A DNA stretch of 37,834 bases from an uncultured virus (IMG/VR IMGVR_UViG_3300044640_002305) (Duplodnaviria; Heunggongvirae; Uroviricota; Caudoviricetes), in the IMG/VR virus record IMGVR_UViG_3300044640_002305; one strand, 5' to 3'. The notes beneath the pieces are model-generated. The model made no database searches and was not told the origin of the DNA. It saw only the letters and a program-made list of their open reading frames with translations. The translations under genes and the position numbers were made by a program. Shown here in pieces: positions 36,599 to 37,834 of the stretch; position 1 is the first letter of the stretch; each line of letters starts with the position of its first letter.

Positions 36599-37834
36599 TT
36601 ATTTCATCAACTTTTTTATTCTATTTAATTCTTCTTTTAAAGGTGAATTAGATTCTAAAAATTTATAGTCATCTGACTTTGTTTTCTTATATTTGGTACC
36701 ACCACCTGTTTTACATCCATATTTTTTACATTTTTGTAATACAGCTTCCTTGTCGTACGGTAATTTAGTACCCCCAACGCTGTAATACATTGCACTTAAC
36801 ATAGCCATAAATTGTGGTAAATTTTTCATAAACTGATTTTGGTCAAAACCAGCTTGTTCAGCGGAACCACTTAATTCATTAATTAAATCAACTCTACCAT
36901 TTAAAGATTCACCTGCCAATCCCATAGCTTGTCCTTCAGCACCTGGTCTAACAGATTTAGCTTTTTGTCTTTTACCAATACCAAACTCAGGGAATGATTT
37001 TTGTAAATTTTTAATAAAACTACCAATACCTTTTCTTGTATTCCTAACCCATTTTATTAAACCTAAATTTTCTGTACTACGTACTTTAGCTAACCACGCA
37101 CCAAGATTAATATCTCTAGTAAGTGAATTATCTTTTTTAAGTTTATTATAAAAAGCTGTTAAATATTTTTCAGGGTCATATTTACCTTGGTTTAGAGCGG
37201 CATCTAAAAACCCACTAGGGATTACTGTTCCTTTTTTAATGTACATGTTTGACCAAAAATCTTTTCCTTCAGGTAAGAAGTTACTAGCCAAATAAGCTAA
37301 TTGCATATTTCTGTTACCTTGTAAGAAATCAGTTGGTACCATAGGTTCTACAATTGGTTCGTCACCTTGTATTGGTTCATCACCACCTTTAATAGGTTTG
37401 TCCTCACCTCTGCCAACGTCTTCTCCACCTTGACCACCTTCACCTTCAGTACCACATGCAATTAAATACATACCTTTAATACCTTCAGGTTTATTAACTT
37501 GTACAGATAGATATCTACCTTTATTTATTCCAGAAGCATTTTCCTCAAGTGTGAATCCACCCAATACTTTTAAATCATAATCAGTATCTCCAGCAGCTTC
37601 ACTACCTTTAATAATCATACCTTCAAATGTCTGACCGTCTTTTTTTGTTTGTATTTTTTTATTTACTAACTTACCGTAGAAATAAATGTAATCACCATTA
37701 CCTAAAGTAACTTTTTTACCATTTAAAACTAAATAACAAGCTTTAGGAACTGGTGCTGGTGGGTTATCCACTAATGGTCCATAAGGTCCTTGTTGAAAAC
37801 TAGTATCTTTAACAGTTTTAATAGGGGCATCTAT
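36599..37834 (-). CDS. Partial hypothetical protein (5' end outside window)
   Basis: Frame stays open upstream of the GTG at 37771 to the window end (IDAPIKTVKDTSFQQGPYGPLV...); ends LKEELNRIKKLMK. Confidence 0.75.
   Translation of the reverse strand: MDAPIKTVKDTSFQQGPYGPLVDNPPAPVPKACYLVLNGKKVTLGNGDYIYFYGKLVNKKIQTKKDGQTFEGMIIKGSEAAGDTDYDLKVLGGFTLEENASGINKGRYLSVQVNKPEGIKGMYLIACGTEGEGGQGGEDVGRGEDKPIKGGDEPIQGDEPIVEPMVPTDFLQGNRNMQLAYLASNFLPEGKDFWSNMYIKKGTVIPSGFLDAALNQGKYDPEKYLTAFYNKLKKDNSLTRDINLGAWLAKVRSTENLGLIKWVRNTRKGIGSFIKNLQKSFPEFGIGKRQKAKSVRPGAEGQAMGLAGESLNGRVDLINELSGSAEQAGFDQNQFMKNLPQFMAMLSAMYYSVGGTKLPYDKEAVLQKCKKYGCKTGGGTKYKKTKSDDYKFLESNSPLKEELNRIKKLMK

Noticed and set aside
37355..37390. 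Short GDEPI tandem repeat
   Set aside because: Two-copy repeat inside a low-complexity linker; no further signal
1..37834. Alternative genetic code (stop-codon reassignment)
   Set aside because: Code 11 gives dense full-length genes; TAA, TAG and TGA all end genes at expected positions
1..37834. tRNA, rRNA, CRISPR arrays, IS elements, introns
   Set aside because: No cloverleafs, spaced repeats, transposases or interrupted genes seen; intergenic gaps are all under ~180 bp

Overview
AT-rich segment of a large, T4-like contractile-tailed (myovirus/jumbo-type) phage genome, probably infecting Bacteroidota (a perfect TTTG-N19-TAnnTTTG promoter and A-rich leaders lacking Shine-Dalgarno sites). 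Almost all genes are on the minus strand. In transcription order: a partial hypothetical protein; tail tube; two plus-strand genes (zinc peptidase, 2OG-Fe(II) oxygenase); a gp26-like tail/hub chaperone with a probable +1 frameshift extension; a hypothetical; tape measure; a 1457-aa tube-initiator-like protein carrying an OmpA-like insertion; a LysM/gp53-like protein; a 1725-aa baseplate-hub N-half ending in a Hint domain; three tandem paralogous hub C-halves with different catalytic tips (M15 peptidase; unknown domain; tail lysozyme plus SGNH-like domain); small hypotheticals; a replication block (gp32-like SSB, RecA/UvsX, 5'-3' exonuclease, DnaB-like helicase, class II RNR); gp25-like and gp6-like baseplate wedge genes. 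The most striking element is the apparently split hub: a Hint-terminated N-half translationally coupled to an array of three interchangeable, Met-Ser-initiated C-terminal modules with near-identical 5' ends. This suggests a modular or polymorphic envelope-penetration system, possibly assembled by Hint-mediated trans-ligation or varied by recombination. All family assignments are from motif recognition by eye, not database searches. Domain boundaries are approximate.
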